From the NCBI GenBank assembly GCA_964389675.1, contig CAYMEV010000013.1, forward strand, positions 1 through 64,000: a stretch of DNA of 64,000 nucleotides, read 5' to 3'. Of this stretch, positions 47,705 through 57,914 are shown one piece after another. Both the position numbers and the translations under genes were made by a program. Numbering within the stretch: the stretch's first letter is position 1; each line of letters opens with the position of its first letter. The DNA comes from an uncultured Candidatus Sumerlaeota bacterium. Lineage in GTDB: Bacteria; CAYMEV01. The notes beneath the pieces were generated by a model. It saw only the letters and a list, made by a program, of their open reading frames with translations. It had not been told where the DNA came from and ran no database searches.

Positions 47705-48439
47705 ATGAGTATTGATAAAGTTCTTTCAGATTATAAGGGTGGCAGAATCAGCCTGGAAGAAGCAAAAAAGAAGCTGTCCCTTGACTGGATTCAGACATCA
47801 GAGAACCATATTATCGACATAAACAGGCAAAACCGGCTCGGTATACCTGAAATAATATATGCCGAACACAAGACTCCTGATCAGGTTATTGATATTGCTG
47901 ACGAGATGCGCAAAAAACAGCTGAATGTGATAATATCGAGGTCCAATGACAACAGGTTTATCTGCGATCACTTCAAGGACACTTCAGAGACTGCCTGCGG
48001 GGAAAGGATTGCAGTCATCGGCAAATTTCCAAAACCCTCCTTTAATATACTTGTAATAAGCGGCGGGTCTTCCGACAGGCCTGTTGTTGAAGAAATAGAG
48101 CTGACCATTAAGGCTCTCGGGGCTTTTCCTCTGATATTTGAAGACAGGGGTATAGCTCATCCATCCAGGGTTCTGGAGGCTATAAAGGCTGGCATAGAAA
48201 ATGAATGCAGGGCATGTGTCGTGGTTGCAGGAATGGAGGCTTCGCTTGCAACATTTGCAAGCTCTCTTCTGCCTCTTCCGGTGATAGGCGTACCAACGTC
48301 AATAGGCTATGGCTATAGAAACGGAGAAACAGCACTGATCTCAATGCTTGCCTCATGTACCCCCAATCTTGCTGTTGTAAATATTGACGGGGGTATAAGG
48401 GCAGCTATTATATCTTATATGATTGGAGCAGGAAAATGA
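47705..48439 (+). CDS. larB: LarB-like nickel-pincer cofactor carboxylase (PurE fold), divergent
   Basis: R..R.GIPE.IY...KT, VAGME, PVIGVPTSIGYG, ML.SC, VVNIDG. Confidence 0.82.
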   Translation: MSIDKVLSDYKGGRISLEEAKKKLSLDWIQTSENHIIDINRQNRLGIPEIIYAEHKTPDQVIDIADEMRKKQLNVIISRSNDNRFICDHFKDTSETACGERIAVIGKFPKPSFNILVISGGSSDRPVVEEIELTIKALGAFPLIFEDRGIAHPSRVLEAIKAGIENECRACVVVAGMEASLATFASSLLPLPVIGVPTSIGYGYRNGETALISMLASCTPNLAVVNIDGGIRAAIISYMIGAGK

Positions 48440-49233
48440 AAAAACTGATAATAGACCCGAGAGGAGGGCTTTCAGGTGATATGTTCGCCGCAGGGCTGAT
48501 AAGCATATGCAGGGATAAAAGAAGTGTCATAAATGCAATGACAGAAGCAGGTAAAACACTCGGAGAATGCAGTATTGAATACAGCAGAGACGGGGAAGGA
48601 TCAGCAAGGCTCAATATAGACATATCATCAAAACACCATTCTATTTCTGAGGATGAGGCTTTTAATATCATAGAGGACATATTTAAAAGATTTGACATAG
48701 ACGAATATTACAGCAAAACAGGTTTCAGGATCCTTGATATACTGGTAAATGCCGAGAAGGAAGCCCATGCAAAGTATGATTTCTTCAAGAAGGGAAAGAT
48801 AAAAAAACTGCAGCATGTTCATCATCATAATCATGAAAGTGATAAAGCGTACCTGCATGAAGCTCAGGACATTGTCATAGATATAACAGGTGCAGTCATG
48901 GGCCTGCAGATGCTTGAAGCTGAAGATTCAGCAGCTGCATTATATCCTGTTTCTGCAGGCGGGGGAAAGATTGAGTTCTCTCACGGCCTGCTTTTTGTCC
49001 CTGCCCCTGCAACAAGCATCATTATCAAGAAATATAATATTCCATGGGTGAGAGGGCCAGTTGACCATGAGCTTTTTACCCCGACCGGTGCATCGATCAT
49101 GGCGGGTTTAGGTACTGTGCTTGATGAGAATGCAGTTATTCATGATCCATCAGGGCTGGGCATTTCAAGGGGAAGCAAAGACTATCCTGTCCCTCCCCTG
49201 AAAATATACCTTATGCAGTCAAATCAGGCCTGA
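48436..49233 (+). CDS. larC: LarC N-terminal (DUF111) nickel-insertion domain only
   Basis: GLSGDM, AE...H, His-rich HVHHHNH, LHE, HG...VPAPAT, ELFTPTGA; ends at 265 aa. Confidence 0.8.
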   Translation: MKKLIIDPRGGLSGDMFAAGLISICRDKRSVINAMTEAGKTLGECSIEYSRDGEGSARLNIDISSKHHSISEDEAFNIIEDIFKRFDIDEYYSKTGFRILDILVNAEKEAHAKYDFFKKGKIKKLQHVHHHNHESDKAYLHEAQDIVIDITGAVMGLQMLEAEDSAAALYPVSAGGGKIEFSHGLLFVPAPATSIIIKKYNIPWVRGPVDHELFTPTGASIMAGLGTVLDENAVIHDPSGLGISRGSKDYPVPPLKIYLMQSNQA

Positions 49234-49255
49234 CATTGAGTCTAGGAGCTGAAAT

Positions 49256-51268
49256 ATGAAGAGATACCTGCTTAAGTATTTTTATGCCTGGATTTTCATT
49301 CTCTGCCTCATCATTGAAAGAACTGAATCGTTAGGAGACATAATCCCTCTATATATCACAAGGCCCCTGCTTTTAGTATGCGGGATTATCATTATTGTAA
49401 AGATTTCCCTGTGGGTATACAGCAAGCTGTTTTACAAGGTAAGGAACAGGATACTGGGGATATTTCTCTTTACAGGTCTTATTCCTATATTCTTCCTGAT
49501 AATCCTTTTTATGATTATATTCTACATATTTATAATGCAGGCCGTCAGCCTGGACCTGGACTATGCCATGCTGCAGGAGATCTCAGCATTAAAAGAGCTT
49601 TCCCTGGATATAAATGCTCTATTTCTGCAAAAAGACAAACTGGACCATGACTCGTTGAACGGTTATATAGAAACAAATAAGGGTTATTTTGATAATCTTA
49701 TACTCACTGTCTACAATGACGATATGGCTGTTAAATACCATTATGGCAAGCAGTCGGTCCCTTTTCCGGAATCCCGGGGGCTTGAGGAATACACCTATTT
49801 TATCTATGATGAAAGACCCTTTTTAGTACTGGTTTTTGACAGGAATATCTCCGGTGTTTATAAATATAATTATCTTGCTGCAGTTCCGCTTGAAAAGCCA
49901 TATATAGATAATCTTTCGGACAGGCTGGGCGGGCAGATATTTTTCAGTTATATCGGATTCGATGAGGAAGTTCTGGAGGAAGATGACAGGAATGTGGATA
50001 TAAAAATATCCCGGGATGATAAAGGCGAGATTGCGATTAAAACTCCTGAGGGTGTTGATATATCTTTTCTGAATAGCCAGAAAGAGGGGTACAGGGAATG
50101 GAAAAAAAGCCTCAACAGCGGCTGGAAATACTTTAAGACAGCCCTCTATAAAAGATCAGTCGTTATTGATGAAAGCGGCAAGGTGAAAGACGCAATGGTA
50201 CTGGGTATATTTCAGGCCAATTTCGGCGCAGTTATCGATAAATACCTTAAGGGGACAATCTCATATTTTATTCCCAAGAATACCATAGTCATAATTATTG
50301 CCATTATAGCAGGAATGGTACTGGCTGCACTGATGGTTTCCCTCATTATAAGCCTTTTCTTTTCAGTATCAATAACAAGCATAATCAGCCAGCTCCATAA
50401 AAAAGCAAAAAGAATAGCAAAGGGGAATTTCCCTCCGCCGATAAACTCCAGGCGCAAGGACCAGTTAGGAGAACTGACGAGGACATTTGATAAAATGTCT
50501 TTTGAGATACAGGAGCTTTTAAGCAAGGTTAAGGAGAATGAAAAGCTTGAAAATGAGATTTCAATTGCACAGATGGTTCAAAACACATTTTTCCCAAAAA
50601 AATTTCCTGATATAAAGGGAGCTGAAATCTATGGCAAATGTATACCGGCAAGGATGGTAAGCGGTGATTTTTATGATTTTTCTCCTCAGCATGATGATAT
50701 GTTCGATCTCTGCATTGGTGATATAAGCGGAAAGGGTATATCGGCATCTCTTCTAATGGCATCATCACTTACCTTTCTCAGGATGGAGTCTCTGAAAAGG
50801 CCGATACAGGATATTGACCGGATACTCGACAGCTTCAATACATATCTGTATGAATACAGTGCCAGGAACCAGTTCTGTTCATTGATATACAGCAGAATAT
50901 ATACTGAAAGCCTTAAAATGGAATATATAAATGCAGGCCATCCTTCTCCCATAATTATAAGAGGAGAGAATGCCCTGCCGCTTGAATCAAATAATCTGGT
51001 CGCCGGCGTATTCAAAGACCAGAAGTATGAAAGAGTAATGCTGGAACTTCAGAAGGGTGATATTGTCTTTATGTTTACTGACGGATTTGTCGAGATTATG
51101 ACGAATAAAGGCTACAGATACAGCTATGATGATCTGGTAAGGGAGATAATCCCTTTAAGAAAAGAACCTCTCGAGTTGATTTACGAAAGGCTTATATTGT
51201 GGGTAAAGGACCTTTCATCTGAAAACAGCATATCTGACGATATGACAGCTGTACTTATAAGGATATAG
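49256..51268 (+). CDS. Membrane sensor with HAMP and PP2C/SpoIIE (RsbU-like) phosphatase domains
   Basis: DQLGEL...F..M HAMP; VSGDFYDF, GDISGKG, NAGHP, FTDG, DDMT. Confidence 0.92.
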   Translation: MKRYLLKYFYAWIFILCLIIERTESLGDIIPLYITRPLLLVCGIIIIVKISLWVYSKLFYKVRNRILGIFLFTGLIPIFFLIILFMIIFYIFIMQAVSLDLDYAMLQEISALKELSLDINALFLQKDKLDHDSLNGYIETNKGYFDNLILTVYNDDMAVKYHYGKQSVPFPESRGLEEYTYFIYDERPFLVLVFDRNISGVYKYNYLAAVPLEKPYIDNLSDRLGGQIFFSYIGFDEEVLEEDDRNVDIKISRDDKGEIAIKTPEGVDISFLNSQKEGYREWKKSLNSGWKYFKTALYKRSVVIDESGKVKDAMVLGIFQANFGAVIDKYLKGTISYFIPKNTIVIIIAIIAGMVLAALMVSLIISLFFSVSITSIISQLHKKAKRIAKGNFPPPINSRRKDQLGELTRTFDKMSFEIQELLSKVKENEKLENEISIAQMVQNTFFPKKFPDIKGAEIYGKCIPARMVSGDFYDFSPQHDDMFDLCIGDISGKGISASLLMASSLTFLRMESLKRPIQDIDRILDSFNTYLYEYSARNQFCSLIYSRIYTESLKMEYINAGHPSPIIIRGENALPLESNNLVAGVFKDQKYERVMLELQKGDIVFMFTDGFVEIMTNKGYRYSYDDLVREIIPLRKEPLELIYERLILWVKDLSSENSISDDMTAVLIRI

Positions 51269-51338
51269 AATTTTTTCCAGTTCCGGAGATACAGTTTCTT
51301 CGTGAAATACAAAAGATAGTATAATGCCGGTTCAGGTA

Positions 51339-52061
51339 TTAAACAAAAGCATCCAGCCTGTAAAGGATATAGGAGCATAACAGGACTATACCGTAAATCA
51401 TGAACACATACAGGAATACCGCAGGGCTTCTGTGATATTCATCCTTATGCCTTGAAAATCTGTAGGGCCTGATGAAAAGCAGATAGGAAATCAGAGAGAG
51501 TACCAATCCTCCTATTCCATCAAGAAAGGTATGGGCTTTGACATAGACTATGCTTATTCCTATAAGGCCTGCTACTATTAGCGGGATTATTGAATCCTTT
51601 TTATTCAGCCTGTAAATAGCTAAGGCAATACTTATGGAGCAGGCCATGTGCAGGGAGGGAAAACAGTTATAAGGCTTATCAATCATGTGATTGAGATAGA
51701 CCATCCAGTTAAGGAAGCTGTCAGGTTCAACGCCGACCCTTACCATTTTAACCGGATAGAGAAGGAACACTACATAACCGCTCAGGTATTGAAACATGAT
51801 AACCTTGGCTATAAGCTCAATATACCTGTTGTCTTTTATGTAAAAAACAGCAAAGAAAGGAAAGAGGAATATGAATATGTACCATAGCTGGAAAAATGGA
51901 ACAAATGGTATCATTTCATCAATAAAGATGGAATTCAGGCTGAATCTGCCTGCATTGTGAGTATAGATATTAACAGGATAATAAAGAAGATAGACCATAT
52001 ATGCGATAAACAGATAGTACAGTTTTGTGTATTTGTGCTTGAATGCAAGGACTATGTTCAT
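51339..52061 (-). CDS. PAP2 superfamily membrane phosphatase/phosphotransferase
   Basis: IDEMIPF.P, D.PYNCFPSLH, KAH...D. Confidence 0.85.
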   Translation of the reverse strand: MNIVLAFKHKYTKLYYLFIAYMVYLLYYPVNIYTHNAGRFSLNSIFIDEMIPFVPFFQLWYIFIFLFPFFAVFYIKDNRYIELIAKVIMFQYLSGYVVFLLYPVKMVRVGVEPDSFLNWMVYLNHMIDKPYNCFPSLHMACSISIALAIYRLNKKDSIIPLIVAGLIGISIVYVKAHTFLDGIGGLVLSLISYLLFIRPYRFSRHKDEYHRSPAVFLYVFMIYGIVLLCSYILYRLDAFV

Positions 52062-52064
52062 ATT

Positions 52065-52838
52065 TTAGAGAAAGTATTCTACTGCATTCTTCATTATCCG
52101 GGTACCCAGGGGGAATTCCTGAAAATCCTGCCTCTTATAATAGGGATTATTGGCAGGGTGGTTGAATGCTTCAGGGTGAGGCATAAGGCCGAATATCCTG
52201 CCTGTTTTGTCACAGAGACCGGCTATGTTGCTGACAGATCCATTTGGATTGTAAGGATAACGGGCATCCTCCCCTGATGGTGATGTATATGCAAGACAGT
52301 CTGAATTATTTTCTTCAATAGTCTCCAGGATTTTCCTGTCCTTTATTACGAGCTTTCCTTCCATATGGCGTACTGGAAGGAACATCCTTGTTATTCCCCT
52401 GAGAAAAATGCACGGGTTGTCCTTTTTTGCCAATAAATAAACCCACCTGTCTTCAAAAATACTTGAATCATTTATGCACAATGAAGCCTGCTGGGTCATT
52501 GCAGGATATCCGGGAAGAAGCCCGAGCCTTATTAATACCTGAAAACCATTGCAAATTCCGATTATAAGCCTGTCTTTGTCCATAAATTCCCTCAGAACAT
52601 CCAGCAGTACAAATTTAAGCTTATTGGCAAGTATTTTCCCGGATGCAATATCATCAGCAAAGCTGAATCCACCTGGAATGGCAAAAATATGTGCATGACC
52701 CAGGATATCCCTGTTTTTGGAAAGTTCATTGAAATGCACTCTTTTTGCATCAGCCCCTGCAGTTTTAAAGCTATATTCCGTTTCATAATCGCAATTTATG
52801 CCATAGCCTGTAAGAATAATTGCCAAGGGTTTTTTCAT
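52065..52838 (-). CDS. purQ: FGAM synthase glutaminase subunit
   Basis: GINCD.E, PGGFSFAD, GICNGFQ, NPNGS, MPHPE; AGGAG RBS before MKKP. Confidence 0.96.
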   Translation of the reverse strand: MKKPLAIILTGYGINCDYETEYSFKTAGADAKRVHFNELSKNRDILGHAHIFAIPGGFSFADDIASGKILANKLKFVLLDVLREFMDKDRLIIGICNGFQVLIRLGLLPGYPAMTQQASLCINDSSIFEDRWVYLLAKKDNPCIFLRGITRMFLPVRHMEGKLVIKDRKILETIEENNSDCLAYTSPSGEDARYPYNPNGSVSNIAGLCDKTGRIFGLMPHPEAFNHPANNPYYKRQDFQEFPLGTRIMKNAVEYFL

Positions 52839-52849
52839 TTCCAAACTCC

Positions 52850-55816
52850 TTAAAAGATTAGTGATTTGCAGAATCCATCCTTAAGCTTATCCAGGGAGTA
52901 TTTAAATACCCCGGCGCCTGATGTGAAAACAATGTTTCTGCTGCTGCTAACCCTGCCTATTACAGCAAAGTGCGATCCTTTCATTATATCAAGGATTGAA
53001 CTCATGTTTTCTTCCTGAAAGCTTAAGATGAACCTTCCCGGAGATTCCGAGAACATGATCCTTGCAGGATTCATCTTTTCTGATACTGGAACCTTTTCCA
53101 GATCAGCATTGAATCCAGTGTTTCCTCCTATTGCTGATTCAGCAAGGGCACATGCAATACCTCCGTCAGAAACGTCATGGATTGACAGAAGCAGGCCCTG
53201 CGCTATGATCCTGTGTATCTTTTTGAAAAGGGCCTTATTTGAGATAAAATCAACTTTTGGTATGTGCCCGTTTTCTATTCCATAGTATTCATAAAGCTGG
53301 CTGTTTCGGAGCTCATTTGCAGTAAGGCCAGCTACTGCAATCAGGGATCCCGGTTTTTTGAAATCTGTTGTCTGGGCATTTTCAATATTACTAACCTTGC
53401 CTATAGCAGTAAACAAAAGCGTAGGAAGTATGCTTATTTTATCAATGCCTTTGCCATAATCATTTTTCATTGAATCCTTGCCGCTTATAAGAGGTATCTC
53501 ATATTCCTGAGTAATGTCAAAAAGAGCCTGAAGCGACCTTACAAGCTGTGCAAGTTTAAATTTCCCATCTGGTGTCTTTTCACTTTCAACCGGGTCAGGC
53601 CAGCAGAAATTATCCAGCCCGTAGAACTGTTCCGGGTCGGCACCAGTGCAGATCAGATTCCTTACTGCTTCATCCACTGAATTGGTCACCATATGATATG
53701 TGTCAAATTTTGAATATCTTGGTATAATCCCCAAACCGATACCTATGCCTGTATCAAGGCCAAAGGCAGTTCTGATGGAAGTTCCATCCGAAGGCCCGTT
53801 CAGGTTTTCTCCAACAAATGGCTTTATTATGCTCAACCCCTGCACTTCGTGGTCAAACTGCCTTACCCAGTATTCCTTGCTTGCAATATTCCAGCTTGCC
53901 ATTAATTCCGGCAGTGCTTTTTCAGGATTTGGGAGCTCCCCGTCACTGATGAATCCTTCATCTTTAGCTGACCATTCTGCTTTCAGTGTCATTTTAGGAA
54001 GCCCGTCATGAAGGAATGACAGAGGAAGGCACAGGACAGGGATTGAGCCGTATACTACCTTAAGATAACCGTCATCTGTGAACTTTCCCAGTACCGTGGC
54101 TTCTGTGTCCATTAGCTTTGCAAGCTTCATGAATTCGTCAAGGCTGTCGTCAGGGACGGAAAGAGTCATCCTTTCCTGTGATTCGGAAAGGAATATTTCC
54201 CAGGGCATCAGGCCGGAATATTTTAGAGGGGCATCAGAAAGGTCTACACAGGCACCATTGGAAGAAAGAGCCATTTCGCCCACACTTGAGGATAAGCCTC
54301 CTGCTCCGTTATCTGTAATATTGTTATAGAGCCCGAGATCGCGGGCTTTCATGATAAAATCACTCATCTTTTTCTGGGTAAAGGGGTCTCCGATCTGGAC
54401 AGCGCTGGATGGGCTCTCTGATGTAAGCTCTGCAGAAGAAAATGTGGCTCCGTGTATTCCATCCTTTCCTATCCTGCCTCCAAGCATTACAATATTGTCT
54501 CCAGCTATTGACCTTTTAATATAGCTGGGCCCTTTGGGGGTTTTGCTGGGAAGGATCCCGCATGTTCCGCAAAACACAAGAGGTTTTCCTATATAACTGC
54601 TGTCAAATACTATTGCTCCGTTTACTGTAGGTATTCCACTTCTGTTTCCGCCGTGTTCTATGCCTTTGTGAACACCCCTGAACACTGTTTTGGGATGAAA
54701 GAGGTTATCAGGCAATGTGCCTGAAAAGTCAGGCGGGCCAAAGCAGAATATATCTATATTGAATAATGGCCTTGCCCCCAAACCACAGCCGAGAATGTCC
54801 CTGTTGACGCCAACAATTCCTGTTATCGCGCCCCCGTAAGGATCGAGGGCGGAAGGGCTGTTGTGAGTTTCAACTTTCATGGCTACTGCGCAGTCGTCAC
54901 CCCAGTCAACTATGCCTGCATTGTCGGAAAAAACTGTCAGAAGAGCTTTCTGCTTTTCAGTCAGGAGCTTTGTAGTCCTTTTAATATATGTGTTGAACAG
55001 GGAGTCTATTCTTTGTACCTTAAAACCGTCATGGTAATCAATTGCAGCATTGAATATCTTATGTTTGCAGTGTTCAGACCAGGTCTGTGCAAGACATTCT
55101 ATTTCACAGTCTGTTATATCCTCAGTGATTCCGAAATCTTTTCTTGCTTTTTGAAACTTATCATCCTCATAGTATTTCTTTATCGCTTCAATCTCTTCAG
55201 CTGTCAGAAAGAGGTGGTTCTTTTCTGAAAACTCTAAAATATCAGATGTGGCTGATTTCCTGGAAATAGATGATACAACGGGATCTGAAGGTAATTCAAC
55301 AGGATTTAAGGGGAGGAAAACATTGGAAATCTGCTCGCCGGGACTGTATTTGAGTATTTTCCAGCGGTTGATCAGGGGGGTTCCAATCTCGTTTTTAATA
55401 ATTTTATCCAGCAGAGCATCATCCCTTATGCCTTTGAATATATACTGCCTGGATGTTGATATATAGAGGCAGTCCCTGTCCAGGAAAGGAAAAAGGTCCA
55501 GCAGAGCATCCTTTGAGGTATCAGCCAGATTATCCTTTACGCCTTTCTTAAACCCCATTTCAACTATAAAATCAAAGGCAAATCGGTCAGCGATGGGTTT
55601 ATCAACACTGTATTCCTCAATTATAGGGTCACAGAAAATTTCTTTGGCTGCTTTATCAATATCAGATTTTGCTAACTGCTTTGAACTGATAATGTATACA
55701 TCAACCATAGCCATATACTCCAGCCGGCATGAAATGTCTGCTTCAATCTGCCTGCTAAGTATGCCTGCCTGAGTCTGGTATTCATTTAATTTCGCCACTT
55801 CAATCCTGTAATTCAT
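52850..55816 (-). CDS. purL: FGAM synthase synthetase subunit with a PurS-like N-terminal extension
   Basis: QTWSEHCKHK, DNAG, ETHNSPSA, RDILG, DNGAGG, SESQERM, GKDS, HDVSDGG; AGGAG RBS before MNYR. Confidence 0.96.
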   Translation of the reverse strand: MNYRIEVAKLNEYQTQAGILSRQIEADISCRLEYMAMVDVYIISSKQLAKSDIDKAAKEIFCDPIIEEYSVDKPIADRFAFDFIVEMGFKKGVKDNLADTSKDALLDLFPFLDRDCLYISTSRQYIFKGIRDDALLDKIIKNEIGTPLINRWKILKYSPGEQISNVFLPLNPVELPSDPVVSSISRKSATSDILEFSEKNHLFLTAEEIEAIKKYYEDDKFQKARKDFGITEDITDCEIECLAQTWSEHCKHKIFNAAIDYHDGFKVQRIDSLFNTYIKRTTKLLTEKQKALLTVFSDNAGIVDWGDDCAVAMKVETHNSPSALDPYGGAITGIVGVNRDILGCGLGARPLFNIDIFCFGPPDFSGTLPDNLFHPKTVFRGVHKGIEHGGNRSGIPTVNGAIVFDSSYIGKPLVFCGTCGILPSKTPKGPSYIKRSIAGDNIVMLGGRIGKDGIHGATFSSAELTSESPSSAVQIGDPFTQKKMSDFIMKARDLGLYNNITDNGAGGLSSSVGEMALSSNGACVDLSDAPLKYSGLMPWEIFLSESQERMTLSVPDDSLDEFMKLAKLMDTEATVLGKFTDDGYLKVVYGSIPVLCLPLSFLHDGLPKMTLKAEWSAKDEGFISDGELPNPEKALPELMASWNIASKEYWVRQFDHEVQGLSIIKPFVGENLNGPSDGTSIRTAFGLDTGIGIGLGIIPRYSKFDTYHMVTNSVDEAVRNLICTGADPEQFYGLDNFCWPDPVESEKTPDGKFKLAQLVRSLQALFDITQEYEIPLISGKDSMKNDYGKGIDKISILPTLLFTAIGKVSNIENAQTTDFKKPGSLIAVAGLTANELRNSQLYEYYGIENGHIPKVDFISNKALFKKIHRIIAQGLLLSIHDVSDGGIACALAESAIGGNTGFNADLEKVPVSEKMNPARIMFSESPGRFILSFQEENMSSILDIMKGSHFAVIGRVSSSRNIVFTSGAGVFKYSLDKLKDGFCKSLIF

Positions 55817-56034
55817 AAAAAATCTCCTATTGATTTTCAAAAATATATCATACGTATATTGGTATTATGTCAATAATTATCATTGCTGGATCATCACGGT
55901 TCAGGATATTTGCATAAGGTCTGCAGACAAGGCATTATTTTGCAAAGCTGATATGTATATTTAAAAATTTACAGATCTTATTTGTTCATTTAGTATTTAC
56001 AGAAATATATGAGTATTCCTGAAAGGAGACAGGG

Positions 56035-57906
56035 ATGGATTTTTTAAGATACCTTGATGAGAAAGGGATAGTATTATGCGACGGAGCAATGGGAACAATG
56101 ATATACAACAAGGGCATATACATTAACAGATGTTACGATGAGCTGAACATCTCTAATCCGGAAATTATTTCAGGGATACATCAGGAATATGTACAGGCAG
56201 GGGCTGAAATTATTGAGACAAATACATTCGGTGCTAACAGATATAAACTAAAATCCTATAATCTTGATAAAAAGGTGCAGGAGATTAATTACAAGGCAGT
56301 CAAGATAGCAAAAAAGGCTTCGGGGGATAGTGTTTTTGTAGCTGGTTCTATTGGGCCTTTAGGCATAAAAATAGAACCATGGGGCCCGACAAGCAGGGAA
56401 GAAGCCAGGGCAGCCTTCAAAGAGCAGGCAGAAGCTCTTCTGGATGGAGGGGTCAGCCTTATGGCCATTGAAACATTTACAGATATCTCAGAAATTGAAC
56501 AGGCAATCAGGGCAGTAAAGGACCTCGACAGCAATATACCCGTAATTGCGATGATGACAGTTGGTATAGATGGAACATCTCTCTATGGGACGACTCCGGA
56601 GATATTCACAAATAGGATTGATCAGTGGGGTGCAGACATTATAGGGCTTAATTGCGGTGAAGGCCCGAAGGTTCTTCTCGAGACCTCGCTGAAGATGCTT
56701 AAATGCACATCAAAGCCCATTTGTGTTATGCCGGAAGCTGGACGGCCCCGGAATGTAAATGGCAGAAATATATATATCTGTACGCCTGAATATATTGCTG
56801 AATATACAAAAAGGTATATTAATGCCGGAGTTAGAATTATAGGAGGATGCTGCGGTACTACGCCTGAACACACGAGGCAGATGGCAAAAACAGTGAAGTC
56901 CCTCTCAAGATCAGTAAAGGTACATGGATACAGACCTGAGAAGGCGGTAGAGTGCATAAAAGATGAAACGGCCAGGGCTTCCAGAGAAGTGCCGGCAGAG
57001 AATAGATCAGAGCTTGCAAAAAAGATAAAAAACGGTAAATTTGTGATATCCGTCGAGATTCTTCCACCCAGGGGAACAAAGATTGATAAGGCATTAAGTA
57101 CTTCAAAAAAGCTTAAGTCACTGAATATTGATGCATTCAATATACCTGACGGACCAAGGGCCTCTGCAAGGATGTCAGCCCTTGCTTCTGCTGTATTGCT
57201 GCAAAAAAATACAGCAGTAGAGACTATTCTCCATTATACATGCCGGGACAGGAATATACTGGGCATGCAGTCGGATATGCTCGGAGCCCATGCCCTGGGC
57301 ATAAAGAATCTCCTGCTTATTACAGGGGACCCTCCAAAAATGGGGACTTATCCGGATGCGACGGCAGTATTCGATATAGACTCAGTTGGCTTGACCAATA
57401 TGGTCAAAACGCTTAACCGGGGACTGGACCTGGGCAAAAACAGCATCGGGAAACCGACCGGTTTTTTTGTAGGCGTAGGAGCAAATCCCGGTGCACTGAA
57501 TATAGATTTTGAGCTGGAAAGATTCTACTGGAAGGTGGATGCCGGTGCGGAATTTGCAATAACCCAGCCTGTTTTTGATTTGAACCTGCTGTTCAGTTTT
57601 CTTGAAAGCATTGATAAGAGAAATATAAAGGTGCCTGTTCTGGCCGGCATATGGCCATTAACAAGCCAGGCTAATGCTGATTTTATGAGAAATGAAATAC
57701 CCGGCGCATGGGTGCCTGACGAGATGTATGAACGGATCAGCATGGCAGGAACAAATGAAGAAGCTGTCAGGACAGGGATAGACATAGCTGTGGAAATTAT
57801 CAATAATATCAGGAAATATGTGCAGGGTATACAGATCAGCATGGTCGGGAGCAAGTTAAGCAGTATTTCAGAGCTCATAGGATCAATTCAGAAAAAAAAT
57901 CCATGA
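56035..57906 (+). CDS. yitJ: Bifunctional homocysteine S-methyltransferase / methylenetetrahydrofolate reductase
   Basis: DGAMGT, ETNTFGAN, GLNC, GGCCGTTP; then EI.PP, H.TCRDRN, TGDP, TQP.F. Confidence 0.93.
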   Translation: MDFLRYLDEKGIVLCDGAMGTMIYNKGIYINRCYDELNISNPEIISGIHQEYVQAGAEIIETNTFGANRYKLKSYNLDKKVQEINYKAVKIAKKASGDSVFVAGSIGPLGIKIEPWGPTSREEARAAFKEQAEALLDGGVSLMAIETFTDISEIEQAIRAVKDLDSNIPVIAMMTVGIDGTSLYGTTPEIFTNRIDQWGADIIGLNCGEGPKVLLETSLKMLKCTSKPICVMPEAGRPRNVNGRNIYICTPEYIAEYTKRYINAGVRIIGGCCGTTPEHTRQMAKTVKSLSRSVKVHGYRPEKAVECIKDETARASREVPAENRSELAKKIKNGKFVISVEILPPRGTKIDKALSTSKKLKSLNIDAFNIPDGPRASARMSALASAVLLQKNTAVETILHYTCRDRNILGMQSDMLGAHALGIKNLLLITGDPPKMGTYPDATAVFDIDSVGLTNMVKTLNRGLDLGKNSIGKPTGFFVGVGANPGALNIDFELERFYWKVDAGAEFAITQPVFDLNLLFSFLESIDKRNIKVPVLAGIWPLTSQANADFMRNEIPGAWVPDEMYERISMAGTNEEAVRTGIDIAVEIINNIRKYVQGIQISMVGSKLSSISELIGSIQKKNP

Positions 57907-57914
57907 TCAGGTCT

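Noticed and set aside
49150-49260. Programmed frameshift joining larC1 to a larC2
   Set aside because: Only 22 nt separate the stop from the next, unrelated phosphatase gene, and no larC2-like sequence follows.
55841-56034. Possible SAM riboswitch upstream of yitJ
   Set aside because: The SAM-I core elements (ATC.AGAG...GGC..CC...GTGC.AA.TCC...GAT) are not present in order, and the region looks like ordinary divergent promoter DNA. A covariance-model search would settle it.
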